Of a DNA stretch of 64,000 bases, positions 40,005 to 50,209 are shown piece by piece. The notes below the pieces were generated by a model. It searched no databases. It saw only the letters and a list, made by a program, of their open reading frames with translations, and was not told the DNA's origin. The DNA comes from Brevibacterium sp. (GTDB lineage Bacteria > Actinomycetota > Actinomycetes > Actinomycetales > Brevibacteriaceae): NCBI GenBank assembly GCA_030457025.1, contig JAKDSA010000001.1, positions 37,886 to 101,885 of the forward strand, given 5' to 3'. The position numbers were made by a program, and so were the translations under genes. The number at the start of each line of letters is the position of its first letter. The first letter of the stretch is position 1.

Positions 40005-41494
40005 TGACCGACGGTCCTGACCTCTTCTCCTCCGACGGCCCGGACCAGGGTATGCCTGGTCCGGGCGTCGGCGGTTCCTCTGCCGATTCGGGGCGCGCCC
40101 TCGATCCGCTGGCAGTGCGGATGCGTCCGCGCACCATCGCCGAGGTTGTCGGCCAGGATCATCTGACGTTCCCCGGCTCACCCCTGGTCCAACTCGTCGA
40201 GGCCAGCGGGGGAGACCGGGCCGGAGCCTCCTCGGTGATCCTGTGGGGTCCTCCCGGGGTCGGCAAGACCACGCTGGCCCATGTCATCTCCCACGCACCG
40301 GGACGCACCTTCGTCGAACTCTCCGCGATCACCGCCGGCGTCAAGGATGTGCGGCAGGTGATCGAGAACGCTCGGCGTGAGCGGGAGATGTATCAGCGCA
40401 CGACCGTGCTGTTCCTCGACGAGATCCACCGTTTCTCGAAGGCCCAGCAGGACGCGCTGCTGCCGGCAGTGGAGAACCGCCTCGTCGTGCTGGTGGCGGC
40501 GACGACCGAGAACCCCTCGTTCTCGATCATCTCCCCGCTCCTGTCCCGCTCGCTTCTGCTCACACTGCGACCACTCGACGACGCCGCGATCGCCGATCTG
40601 CTCGACCGTGCCGTGGCCAGCGAACGGGGCTTGGCCGGTCAGTTCGAACTCGAACCGGCTGCGAAGGACTTCGTCGTCCGCATCGCCGGTGCCGATGCCA
40701 GACGATCCCTGACGATCCTCGAAGCCGCCGCCGGAATCGCCGCCGCCCAGATGGAATTCGCCGAGTCTGCCAGCGAAGCAGCAGACCCCGAGGCCTCGTC
40801 GGAGGACTCGGGCGAAGAATCGGCCGAAGCAGCGGACGACTCGGATTCCCAGGCCCGCCCGATCATCATCTCCGAGGCTGCCTGCGCCGAGGCCAGCTCC
40901 GAAACGGTGCTGCGCTACGACAGGAACGGCGACCAGCACTACGACGTCGTCTCCGCCTTCATCAAATCCATTCGCGGCTCAGACGTCGACGCCGCACTGC
41001 ACTATCTGGCCAGAATGATCGTCGCAGGGGAAGATCCCCGGTTCATTGCTCGTCGCGTCGTCATCTCGGCTGCCGAGGACATCGGGATGGCCGATCCGCA
41101 GGCATTGCCGATCGCAGTGGCGGCATCAACGGCCGTGCAGAACATCGGCATGCCCGAAGGCCGCATTCCCCTCGCGGAGGCGGTCACCTACCTGGCGATG
41201 GCGCCGAAGTCGAACGCAAGCTACCGGGCGCTCGACGCGGCGATCGCAGATGTCAAGAATGGTTTCTCCGGACAGGTACCGACCCATCTGCGCGACGCCC
41301 ACTATCCCGGTGCCAAGGAACTCGGCCACGGCGAAGGCTACAAGTACTCCCACGATCATCCTCATGGGGTCGCCGCCCAGGAGTATCTGCCCGAAACACT
41401 GCGCGGCAAGCGCTACTACGAACCGACAGGCAACGGCATGGAACGCTCTCTGGGGGAGAGACTTGAGATGCTGCAGCGACTGCTGAGACCCTGA
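40004..41494 (+). CDS. rarA: Replication-associated recombination protein A
   Basis: [46 protein letters not shown]. Confidence 0.95.
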
Positions 41495-41631
41495 AACCGG
41501 CACCCTCCCGACGATATTCGCCCCGAATTCCTCCCTCCGGCTCCTGTGACACGGTAGTTTTGTGCACAGGGTGAAAGCGCGGAGTCGCCATAGTCGGTGA
41601 GCCGGCGCCAGAGAGGCCGAGGAGGGTCGAC

Positions 41632-43245
41632 GTGCAGGACATCATCGTCACCATCGCGGCCGCCCTCGCGCTGGGGCTGGTGGCGCGGGAACTGCGCATT
41701 CCACCATTGGTGGGCTTCCTCGGCGCCGGATTCCTGCTTCATTTCCTCGGTGTCACTGCATTCGACGGGCTCGAGCAGGTCTCCGACCTCGGCGTGGTTC
41801 TGCTCCTCTTCACCATCGGACTCAAATTCGATCTGCGATCACTCCTGCAGCCCGAGGCCTATGGCACTGCCGCACTCCACATGATCTCCAGTGTCTTCGT
41901 CGGTGCCGGCACAATCGGGCTCGCCTCGGTCATCGGGGTCGTCACCCTCGACGGTGGCCCGGGGACCGTGGGTCTGCTCGGGTTCGCACTGTCGTTCTCC
42001 TCAACGGTTCTCGTCGTCAAGGTGCTCGAGGATCGTTCCGACGACGGGTCGTACTACGGTCAGATCGCCATTGCGATTCTCGTCATCCAAGACATTGCCG
42101 CGGTTGCCTTCATCACCGTTGCGGGGGAGGAACCACCGAGCCCGTGGGCCTTCGCGCTCGTTCTCGTCGTTCCCGTGGCATGGGTGCTGCGCCGCGTCCT
42201 CGACCGAGTCGGCCGCGGCGAGCTGCTGGTCCTCTTCGGCGTGGTGATGGCGCTGGGGCCAGGCTACGTGGCATTCGAGTCCGTGGGCATCCACGGCGAC
42301 CTCGGTGCCTTGGTGATGGGGCTGCTCTTTGCCAGCCATCCCAGATCCAGCGAATTGTCGAAGTCTTTGTTCAGCGTCAAGGAACTCTTCCTCGTCGCCT
42401 TCTTCGTCATCATCGGACTGCAGGCGATCCCGACCTGGGCGGACCTGCTCATGGCACTCATCCTCTGCGTGATCCTCATTCCCTTCAACTTCCTCAGCTT
42501 CTACTTGATGGGGCGCCTCTTCGGCCTGCGCAATCGGACCAGCATCCGCACCAGTCTCGCGTTGAGCAACTTCTCCGAATTCGCCCTCATCGTGGTGGCC
42601 GTCGGGGCGGGCAACGGTGTGTTCGAGGACAGCTGGCTGACAGTGACCGCCGTGGCCGTCGCCATCGGCATGATCATCTCCTCCCTCGCCAATGCCTACG
42701 GCCTGCAGATCGTCGGCCGACTCGATGAGATTCTGCCCGACGAGAACGAATCGAAACTGCGACTGCCGGATCGTCCGATCGATACCGGATCCGCCGAGGT
42801 GGTGGTGCTGGGCATGGGTCGCATCGGCCGCGGCGCCTACGAACGGCTGGTCGACAGCGGAGGACTCTCAGTCATCGGTGTCGACAACGATCATCTGGTG
42901 GTGGAGGAGCTGAAGCGCGAACAGTTCAATGTGCTCGAAGGTGACGCCACCGACCACGAGTTCTGGCACCGACTGGTCGTGGGTGGGACCGCTCGAACCG
43001 TGATTCTGGCTATGGCGATCCATGACTCGAATACCTTCGCGCTCGAGCAGCTGAGGATAGCCGGTTTCGATGGTGCCATCGCCGCTGTCGTCCAGCGCCA
43101 GGATCAGGCCGATGCTCTGGCCGCGGCAGGAGTTCACACTGTCGTCAACATCTACGGTGGTTCGGGAGCCGAAGTCGCCGATGAGGCGATGCGTCTGCCC
43201 ACGAAGCGACGGCCCGATGACGGAGGAGAGCGTGCTGGAGGCTGA
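41632..43245 (+). CDS. CPA2 cation:proton antiporter with TrkA-N domain (Kef-like)
   Basis: LLLFTIGL, LSFSSTVLVVKVL, ILVIQD, FSEFALI, C-terminal GMGRIG and GDATD. Confidence 0.9.
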   Translation: MQDIIVTIAAALALGLVARELRIPPLVGFLGAGFLLHFLGVTAFDGLEQVSDLGVVLLLFTIGLKFDLRSLLQPEAYGTAALHMISSVFVGAGTIGLASVIGVVTLDGGPGTVGLLGFALSFSSTVLVVKVLEDRSDDGSYYGQIAIAILVIQDIAAVAFITVAGEEPPSPWAFALVLVVPVAWVLRRVLDRVGRGELLVLFGVVMALGPGYVAFESVGIHGDLGALVMGLLFASHPRSSELSKSLFSVKELFLVAFFVIIGLQAIPTWADLLMALILCVILIPFNFLSFYLMGRLFGLRNRTSIRTSLALSNFSEFALIVVAVGAGNGVFEDSWLTVTAVAVAIGMIISSLANAYGLQIVGRLDEILPDENESKLRLPDRPIDTGSAEVVVLGMGRIGRGAYERLVDSGGLSVIGVDNDHLVVEELKREQFNVLEGDATDHEFWHRLVVGGTARTVILAMAIHDSNTFALEQLRIAGFDGAIAAVVQRQDQADALAAAGVHTVVNIYGGSGAEVADEAMRLPTKRRPDDGGERAGG

Positions 43246-43249
43246 CCCT

Positions 43250-43804
43250 TCAGCAGATGTCAGGGAGGAACCCCTTCTGCGCTGCGATGAGACGACTGAT
43301 GAGCAGGACGGGATCGACAATCTCGCCGGTGCTGATGCGTTCGTCGAGAGCGGACACTGACATCGCCACAGTCCGCACGACCTCTTGGGGGTCGTCATCA
43401 ATGGGCGTACCTGGGGTCGCCGATCGGCAGAAATAGAGATGAATCGGTGTGGGGGAACGACTCGGGTTCTGATAGAACGTGTGCAGGTGAACGAGATCGA
43501 CCGGACGCAGGCCAGTCTCTTCTTCGTACTCTCTTCGCGCAGCATCGGCAGGATTCTCCCCGTTATTCGCAGCGCCGCCCGGCAGGTCATAGATCCATGC
43601 GCCCACGGGGTAGCGGTATTCCTGTGCCAGCCGAAGCTTTCCATCCTCAGTCAGTCCAAGAACCGCGGCCCCGCAGGGAACCGACTCATCGACCTCGTAT
43701 CGGGTCACATCACCATTGGGGAGCATGACCTCATGCTCGGTCAGAGTGACGTACCCACGGTGAATATCTCGTTTCGACAGGAGCTCCCAGCCCGGTTCGT
43801 CCAT
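43250..43804 (-). CDS. NUDIX hydrolase (ADP-ribose pyrophosphatase-like)
   Basis: QEYRYPV, LPGGAANNGENPADAARREYEEETG; TATGAT 7 nt before ATG 43804. Confidence 0.88.
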   Translation of the reverse strand: MDEPGWELLSKRDIHRGYVTLTEHEVMLPNGDVTRYEVDESVPCGAAVLGLTEDGKLRLAQEYRYPVGAWIYDLPGGAANNGENPADAARREYEEETGLRPVDLVHLHTFYQNPSRSPTPIHLYFCRSATPGTPIDDDPQEVVRTVAMSVSALDERISTGEIVDPVLLISRLIAAQKGFLPDIC

Positions 43805-44070
43805 GAGCGCCATCATAGGCACCGTTGGAGTCGAAAGGTACCTTTCAGACTGCGTATTGCGAACGTGGGGCACAGAGACGGGCTGAGAGACAAGGCGCCT
43901 ACAGTGTGGCGACTCGGCAGGGAAGTTTGTCGGTAGGCGAAAGAAATGTAAGATCAGATGTAGTAGTGCTTCCCTTGCTGCGAGTCATTTGCAGATCTGT
44001 GATCTGACCATTGATCCGGTGATGGGGGAGTTGCTCGACAGATGAACGCCAGCCCGATGGAGGGACGCGA

Positions 44071-44985
44071 GTGATGGCCGGCTGCATTGACGTTTCTAAT
44101 CTGAGCAAGCGCTACGGCGACTTCCATGCAGTCAGCGACCTGTCTTTCAGTGTGGAACACGGTGAAATATTCGGGCTGCTCGGACCCAACGGTGCAGGAA
44201 AGACAACCACCTTGGAGATGATCGCGGGGATCCGTCGTGCCAGCAGCGGTCAGGTGGCGATCATGGGCCACGATCCCCATCAGGACAGAAGATTCACGGT
44301 GGAGCATGTTGCCCTCCAGCAACAGGAATCAAGTGTCTTCCAGTACCTGACCGTTTCCGAACTCGTTGAGCTGCACGCATCGTTCTATCCCGATCCGAGG
44401 AAATCGGACGATGCTATCGAGTTCGCCGGACTCCTTGATCACCGTGATCAGCGATTCGCGAAACTCTCAGGCGGTCAGAAACGGCGCCTGGCATTCAGCC
44501 TTGCAGTCGTAGGCAACACGGATATCCTCATCCTCGACGAACCAGCGGCGGGTTTGGATCCTGCGGCGCGGACGGACCTGCAAGCGTCGATTCGTCAACT
44601 GCAGACACTGGGCAAGACGATTCTGTATACGACACATCATCTCGAAGAGGCGACCGAACTGTGTGATCGAGTCGCCATCATGGTGGGCGGCCGAATGCAG
44701 ATCTCCGGGTCTCCCAGCTCATTGATCAATCAATTCGATGCCACCGCGAACATCGATTTCACATTGCTCGAATCCGGTCAGGGCGAGTCAGCTCGGGCCT
44801 GGTGTGAGACCCACTCGCTGGTTGAACAGTCGAGACTCTCGCCCGGCGGCATCGTCACGGTCACGACCGAGGATTCGGATTCGTTCGTTCGCAGCCTGCA
44901 CCATTCAGATCTCCGGTTCAAGAACCTGCGAATCCGATCCGGCAGCCTCAACGATGTCTACACTTCACTGGTCAAAGGAGATTGA
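44071..44985 (+). CDS. ABC transporter ATP-binding protein (ABC-2/DrrA-type exporter)
   Basis: GPNGAGKTT, LSGGQKRR, ILILDEP, TTHHLEEA. Confidence 0.93.
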   Translation: MMAGCIDVSNLSKRYGDFHAVSDLSFSVEHGEIFGLLGPNGAGKTTTLEMIAGIRRASSGQVAIMGHDPHQDRRFTVEHVALQQQESSVFQYLTVSELVELHASFYPDPRKSDDAIEFAGLLDHRDQRFAKLSGGQKRRLAFSLAVVGNTDILILDEPAAGLDPAARTDLQASIRQLQTLGKTILYTTHHLEEATELCDRVAIMVGGRMQISGSPSSLINQFDATANIDFTLLESGQGESARAWCETHSLVEQSRLSPGGIVTVTTEDSDSFVRSLHHSDLRFKNLRIRSGSLNDVYTSLVKGD

Positions 44986-44986
44986 G

Positions 44987-46024
44987 ATGACGCACTCCAA
45001 GACCACATCGGGCACGGCTCTGCAGCTGCTGGTTCGTGCCAACTTCAAGGAACTGGTTCGCGACAGCCGATCACTCATCAGCATGTCCGTGTTCTTCGTG
45101 GTGACGATTCTGGTGCTCATCGCCCTCCAGGCGATGATCAACGGCGGTGGAAGCACGCCTCGACTCCTACTCACCGACTCAGTCGAGTCGAAAGTCACCG
45201 ATCAGCTTGACGCCGTGAACGGGATCGAGACGCGCAATGCCGCCGACGCTGACACTGACGCCGTCAATGCCGAGCTCACACGCGAAGGACCAGGCGCAGG
45301 CTACACAGTCGTCATCTCTTCCGAAGACCGACCAGACTGGCTGCGCATCGTGGAGGCTCTTGAGTCCGCCGGAGTTCCCCATTTCGAGATCACGGTGGTC
45401 GACGATGAGGGGAGCTCTCAGATCGACTTTCTGAGACAGAACCTGTCGCTGGCGCTGCTGACCGGGTACGCCGCAATCGCCTTCGTCGGCACGGCCGCGC
45501 CCTTCGCTCGCATGCGAAATGAGGGCGTCATGACGATGCTGGGCACGACACCCGTCAGGGCCCGCGATATCCTCATCGCCCACGCTCCGCCGCGAATCCT
45601 GATGTGCCTTGTGGAGACGATGATCGTGCTGGCGATCGCCTTCTTCAGCGGGTATATGCACGGCGGGAGCTGGCTGCGACTGATCGTATCGCTGCTGCTC
45701 GCGTTCGGATTCATATTCAGCATCGGCTTCCTGCTGGCAGCACGAGCGAAGAACCCCGACTTAGTGACGCAGCTGGCGGGTTTGGTGCCGATCATAGTCT
45801 TGTTCGGTTCGGGCACCGTCATTCCAATTCCGTACCTCAGCGATGTGCCCTGGGTGCGCTATCTCATCCCCACCAACTGGATGGCGGATGCAATCAATCT
45901 CGATCTATCGGGCATCGCTCCGACCCTGCCGTGGGGTTTGCTGTGGGCACTCATGATCCTGGGAACCGTGGTGCTCTTGGGACTGAGCATACGGCTCTTC
46001 AACTGGAACGAATCCGATACCTGA
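44987..46024 (+). CDS. ABC-2 type permease
   Basis: One N-terminal TM, extracytoplasmic loop, several C-terminal TMs ending RLFNW; RBS AAGGAG before ATG 44987. Confidence 0.85.
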   Translation: MTHSKTTSGTALQLLVRANFKELVRDSRSLISMSVFFVVTILVLIALQAMINGGGSTPRLLLTDSVESKVTDQLDAVNGIETRNAADADTDAVNAELTREGPGAGYTVVISSEDRPDWLRIVEALESAGVPHFEITVVDDEGSSQIDFLRQNLSLALLTGYAAIAFVGTAAPFARMRNEGVMTMLGTTPVRARDILIAHAPPRILMCLVETMIVLAIAFFSGYMHGGSWLRLIVSLLLAFGFIFSIGFLLAARAKNPDLVTQLAGLVPIIVLFGSGTVIPIPYLSDVPWVRYLIPTNWMADAINLDLSGIAPTLPWGLLWALMILGTVVLLGLSIRLFNWNESDT

Positions 46025-46100
46025 TCCTCAAGGGAACATTCGGGCCATCAGTGTCCCACCTCGGCGCCGGAAGACCCAGACGATCACCGTCGATTCCGCT

Positions 46101-46130
46101 TTGCGCCGGGGGAGTGGAATCCGCTAAAGT
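46101..46130 (+). promoter_or_regulatory. Candidate rpsD promoter
   Basis: TTGCGC-18 nt-TAAAGT. Confidence 0.5.
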
Positions 46131-46280
46131 GGATAGCTGTTGTGCCTGCAAGCTAAAGGCGGTCGGTGCGAGCGGATCTCGACGCTCAATCCCTCCTTCC
46201 CATCCAGGGAAACAACCGTGTCGACCAGGGCGAGAACCGATGGCCAGTCGAGACACACCACATTGATGAAAGGTAATACA

Positions 46281-46907
46281 GTGCCAGCACCAGCACGTAA
46301 CCGCCGCATGACGCGCGTCTCGCGCGCCCTCGGCATGCCGCTGACTCCGAAAGCGGAGAAATACTTCGAGCGTCGCCCGTATCCTCCAGGCGAGCACGGC
46401 CGCGCACGTCGTCGCAATGACAGCGACTACTCGGTCCGCCTCAAGGAGAAGCAGCGTCTTCGCGCCCAGTACGGCATCCGCGAAGCTCAGATGCTCAAGA
46501 TCTACAAGGAGTCCAGCCGCCTCTCCGGTCTGACCGGTGAGACCATGGTCGAGCTCCTCGAATCACGTCTCGATGCACTGGTTCTGCGTTCGGGCTTTGC
46601 CCGCACCATCGCCCAGGCGCGTCAGTTCGTCGTGCACCGTCACATCACCGTTGACGGCCAGCGCGTCGATCGTCCCTCCTTCCGCGTGAAGGAAGGACAG
46701 ACCATCCAGGTTCACGAACGCAGCGCATCGATGGATCCGTTCCAGGTCGCCGCCGCCGGTGGACACAAGGATGTTCTCCCTGCAGTTCCGGGTTACCTCA
46801 ACGTCAACCTCGAAGGTCTGCAGACGACCCTGCTTCGTCGCCCCAAGCGCGAAGAGGTTCCAGTGACCGTCGACGTTCAGCTGGTCGTCGAGCACTACTC
46901 GCGCTGA
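46281..46907 (+). CDS. rpsD: 30S ribosomal protein S4
   Basis: RRPYPPGEHG, RLKEKQRLRAQYG, LESRLD, ARQFVVHRH, VVEHYSR; start GTG 46281. Confidence 0.97.
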   Translation: MPAPARNRRMTRVSRALGMPLTPKAEKYFERRPYPPGEHGRARRRNDSDYSVRLKEKQRLRAQYGIREAQMLKIYKESSRLSGLTGETMVELLESRLDALVLRSGFARTIAQARQFVVHRHITVDGQRVDRPSFRVKEGQTIQVHERSASMDPFQVAAAGGHKDVLPAVPGYLNVNLEGLQTTLLRRPKREEVPVTVDVQLVVEHYSR

Positions 46908-46933
46908 TCACCTAAGAGGGATCGCAGAGCAAA

Positions 46934-46964
46934 AACTGCCCGGAACGTCGAGTTCCGGGCAGTT
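46934..46964 (+). terminator. rpsD terminator hairpin
   Basis: 13-bp stem AACTGCCCGGAAC-GTCGA-GTTCCGGGCAGTT. Confidence 0.8.
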
Positions 46965-47081
46965 GTGCATTCACCCGCGGGTCGACGGCGTGCAGCGTCG
47001 GCACCTCGCATAGTGTGGATGAGCCACTAAACTAATCACGATGAGTGCAAGAGTGCACACGCCACATGTGAAAGGCCTTGG

Positions 47082-49736
47082 ATGAAGACGGCAGAGATCA
47101 AACAGCGCTGGTTGGACTACTTCGAAGCGAATGGGCACGCAGTCGTCCCCTCGGCGTCGGTGATCAGCTCCGATCCGACGATCCTGTTCAACATCGCGGG
47201 AATGGTGCAGTTCATCCCGTATCTCACCGGTCGGGAGCCTGCCCCGTTCAATCGCGCCACGAGCGTGCAGAAGTGTGTGCGCACCGGCGATATCGAAGAG
47301 GTCGGCAAGACCACCCGCCACGGCACGTTCTTCCAGATGAACGGCAACTTCTCATTCGGCGACTACTTCAAGCGCGAAGCCATCCGCTTCGCCTGGGGCC
47401 TGCTGACGAACTCCATCGACGATGGTGGGCTCGGCTTCGACAAAGACCGGCTGTGGGCGACAGTCCACGAAGACGACATCGAGACCATCGACCTGTGGCT
47501 TGAGGAGACTTCGGTTCCACGCGAGCGCATCCAGCCGCGCGACAATGAGGACAACTTCTGGCACACCGGGCAGCCCGGCCCCGGCGGCTACTGCTCCGAA
47601 ATCTATTTCGACCGTGGCCCCGACTACGGTGTCGAAGGCGGACCTGTGGCCGATGAGGACCGCTACATCGAGATCTGGAACCTCGTGTTCATGGAATTCG
47701 AACTCAGTGAAGTCCGCTCCAAGGTCGACTTCGACATCGCCGGAGACCTCCCCGCCAAGAACATCGACACCGGCATGGGCCTCGAACGTGTTGCATTCCT
47801 GCTCCAGGGTGTGGAGAACATGTATGAGATCGACGAGGTATTCCCCGTCATCGAGGCCGCCAGCCGACTCTCCGGGCACCGGTACGGAGCCGACCACGAA
47901 GCCGATGTGCAGATGCGCGTCGTGGCCGACCACGTGCGCTCGTCCCTCATGATCATCGGCGACGGCGTCCGACCCGGCAACGAAGGTCGTGGCTACATCC
48001 TCCGCCGCCTGCTGCGCCGCGCCGTGCGCGCCATGCGCCTCCTCGGCGTCAAACACGAGGTCCTGCCCGAGCTTCTGCCGGTGTCCATGGCATCCATGAA
48101 ACTGTCCTACCCGGAGCTGGAAACCGACTTCGATCGCATCTCCCGCATCGCCTATGCAGAAGAGAAGGCCTTCCTGCGGACACTGGAATCGGGCACTCAG
48201 CTGTTCCAGAACGCGGCATCCTCCCTCTCAGAGACCGACAGGACCATCAGCGGTGACGTCGCCTTCGCCCTCCACGACACCCACGGCTTCCCGATCGATC
48301 TGACCCTGGAAATGGCATCCGAACAGGGCGTGAACGTCGATGAAGAGGGCTTCCGGGCACTCATGAGCGAACAGCGAACCCGTGCGAAGGCCGATGCGAA
48401 AGCGAAGAAGGGCGGCGGACACGCCGACCTCTCCGCCTACTCCGCACTGCTCGAAGACGGCGCCTCAGAGTTCGTCGGCTACGACAGGCTCGAAGCTGAC
48501 TCCCGGGTGCGCGGAATCGTCGTCGACGGACTCGCCCAGGAAGTCCTGACTCCGGGGCAGAGCGCAGACCTCATCCTCGACCTGACCCCGTTCTACGCCG
48601 AAGCAGGCGGCCAGCGTGCCGACATCGGCCAGATCAAGGGCCACGGCTTCACCGCTCGTGTCCTGGACGTGCAGAACCCCATCAAGGGACTGCCCGCACA
48701 CAGGGTCGAAGTCATCGACGGCGAGATCCACGTCGGGGCAGAGGTCCTGGCCGTCGTCGATCACGACCACCGGTTCCAGGGTTCACAGGCGCACACCGCC
48801 ACCCACCTCGTCCACGCCGCGCTGCGTGAGATCCTCGGCACGCACGCCGTCCAGGCCGGTTCGATGAACCAGCCCGGCTATATGCGCTTCGACTATTCGT
48901 TCCCTGAGGCCCCGAGCCCACAGATGCGGGCGGAGATCGAGGACGTCGCCAACCTTGCCGTGCGCTCCAACTATGAGGTCGGCACGGAGTTTCTGCCCTT
49001 CGAGGACGCCAGGAAGTCCGGCGCGATGGCGCTGTTCGGTGAGAAGTACCCGAACATCGTGCGCGTCGTCGACATCGGCGGACCCTTCTCCCGTGAGCTC
49101 TGCGGCGGCACCCACGTCGGAGCTTCGTCCGAGGTCGGTCCCATCTCCGTGCTCTCCGAAGCCTCCGTAGGTTCCGGTGTACGCCGTATCGAAGCCGCCG
49201 TCGGCATGGACGCATTCCGCTCATTGGCTGCAGAACGCTCCATCGTCTCCTCACTCTCCGACATGCTCAAGGTGCCCGGAACCGATGTGAAAGAACGCGT
49301 CGGAGACCTGATGAGCAGACTCAAGGAGGCTGAGAAGGAGATCACACGGCTGAACTCCCAGCAGCTCCTGGCATCGGCCGGGAAATTCCTCGATGATGCC
49401 GAGACCGTAGGGTCGACGCTGTTCGTCGTCGCGGAACTCGGTGAGGTCTCGAACGCCGGCGACATCCGCACCGTCGTCACCGACCTGCGCGCACGCGTCT
49501 CCGAACGCTCCGCCGTCGTCCTGGGAGTCGGGACGAGCAACGCAAAACCCGTCGTCGTCATCGCCACGACCGCCTCCTCACGGGAGGAAGGTCACCAGGC
49601 CGGCAAGCTCGTCTCCCTGGCCTGCGGTGAACTCGGCGGCGGTGGAGGCGGCAAACCCGATCTCGCTCAGGGCGGGGGCAGCGACGTATCCGCGATCCCC
49701 TCTGCCATTCGAGCGGTCAAGGCAGCCCTCCAGTGA
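47082..49736 (+). CDS. alaS: Alanine--tRNA ligase
   Basis: QKCVRTGD, RHGTFFQM, IDTGMGLER, HTATHL, ELCGGTH, GGGGGKP. Confidence 0.98.
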   Translation: MKTAEIKQRWLDYFEANGHAVVPSASVISSDPTILFNIAGMVQFIPYLTGREPAPFNRATSVQKCVRTGDIEEVGKTTRHGTFFQMNGNFSFGDYFKREAIRFAWGLLTNSIDDGGLGFDKDRLWATVHEDDIETIDLWLEETSVPRERIQPRDNEDNFWHTGQPGPGGYCSEIYFDRGPDYGVEGGPVADEDRYIEIWNLVFMEFELSEVRSKVDFDIAGDLPAKNIDTGMGLERVAFLLQGVENMYEIDEVFPVIEAASRLSGHRYGADHEADVQMRVVADHVRSSLMIIGDGVRPGNEGRGYILRRLLRRAVRAMRLLGVKHEVLPELLPVSMASMKLSYPELETDFDRISRIAYAEEKAFLRTLESGTQLFQNAASSLSETDRTISGDVAFALHDTHGFPIDLTLEMASEQGVNVDEEGFRALMSEQRTRAKADAKAKKGGGHADLSAYSALLEDGASEFVGYDRLEADSRVRGIVVDGLAQEVLTPGQSADLILDLTPFYAEAGGQRADIGQIKGHGFTARVLDVQNPIKGLPAHRVEVIDGEIHVGAEVLAVVDHDHRFQGSQAHTATHLVHAALREILGTHAVQAGSMNQPGYMRFDYSFPEAPSPQMRAEIEDVANLAVRSNYEVGTEFLPFEDARKSGAMALFGEKYPNIVRVVDIGGPFSRELCGGTHVGASSEVGPISVLSEASVGSGVRRIEAAVGMDAFRSLAAERSIVSSLSDMLKVPGTDVKERVGDLMSRLKEAEKEITRLNSQQLLASAGKFLDDAETVGSTLFVVAELGEVSNAGDIRTVVTDLRARVSERSAVVLGVGTSNAKPVVVIATTASSREEGHQAGKLVSLACGELGGGGGGKPDLAQGGGSDVSAIPSAIRAVKAALQ

Positions 49737-50209
49737 GTTTCCGCCGAGGCCGACGAATGGGCCTCGACATCGGCTCGGTGCGCATCGGGGTGGCTGCCAG
49801 CGATCCCGATGGCATCCTCGCCACGCCGTTGAGCGTGGTCCGCCGGACCGACGAACCCGCAGCCCTGAAGTCGCTGCGGGAGATCATCGACGAGTACGAG
49901 CCGATCGAACTGCTCATCGGCGACCCGAAGTCCCTTGACGGAGCAGCCCGGGCAGCGGCGGCGACCGCGTTGGAGTTCGCCCGGCGGATCAGCCGCGCCA
50001 CTGCGACGCCCATCCGACTCGTCGATGAGCGCTTCACCACGGTCGAAGCCCATCACGCCCTCGCGGCAGCGGGAAAGAACTCCCGTCAGCGCCGCGAGAT
50101 CGTTGACGCTCAGGCCGCCGTGATCATTTTGCAGAACGCCCTCGAATTCGAACACAACACCGGTCAACCCGCCGGTCGAGCTATGCCCGACGAGGAGAGT
50201 GAGCAATGA
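49733..50209 (+). CDS. ruvX: RuvX/YqgF family nuclease
   Basis: GLDIGSVRIGVAASD, LVDERFTT, VDAQAAVIILQ. Confidence 0.93.
   Translation: MSFRRGRRMGLDIGSVRIGVAASDPDGILATPLSVVRRTDEPAALKSLREIIDEYEPIELLIGDPKSLDGAARAAAATALEFARRISRATATPIRLVDERFTTVEAHHALAAAGKNSRQRREIVDAQAAVIILQNALEFEHNTGQPAGRAMPDEESEQ

Noticed and set aside
40750-40855. Acidic insertion in RarA (also the Ala/Thr insert in AroE near 51700) as intein or mobile insert
   Set aside because: Short in-frame low-complexity linkers with no intein motifs or terminal repeats
43945-43970. AT-rich stretch as a possible dif site
   Set aside because: No TTATGTTAA-like XerD arm; does not fit the 28-bp dif layout
41560-47022. Isolated DnaA-box-like 9-mers (TTGTGCACA 41560; TGTGGATGA 47014)
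   Set aside because: Single mismatched copies that overlap -10-like sequences; expected by chance
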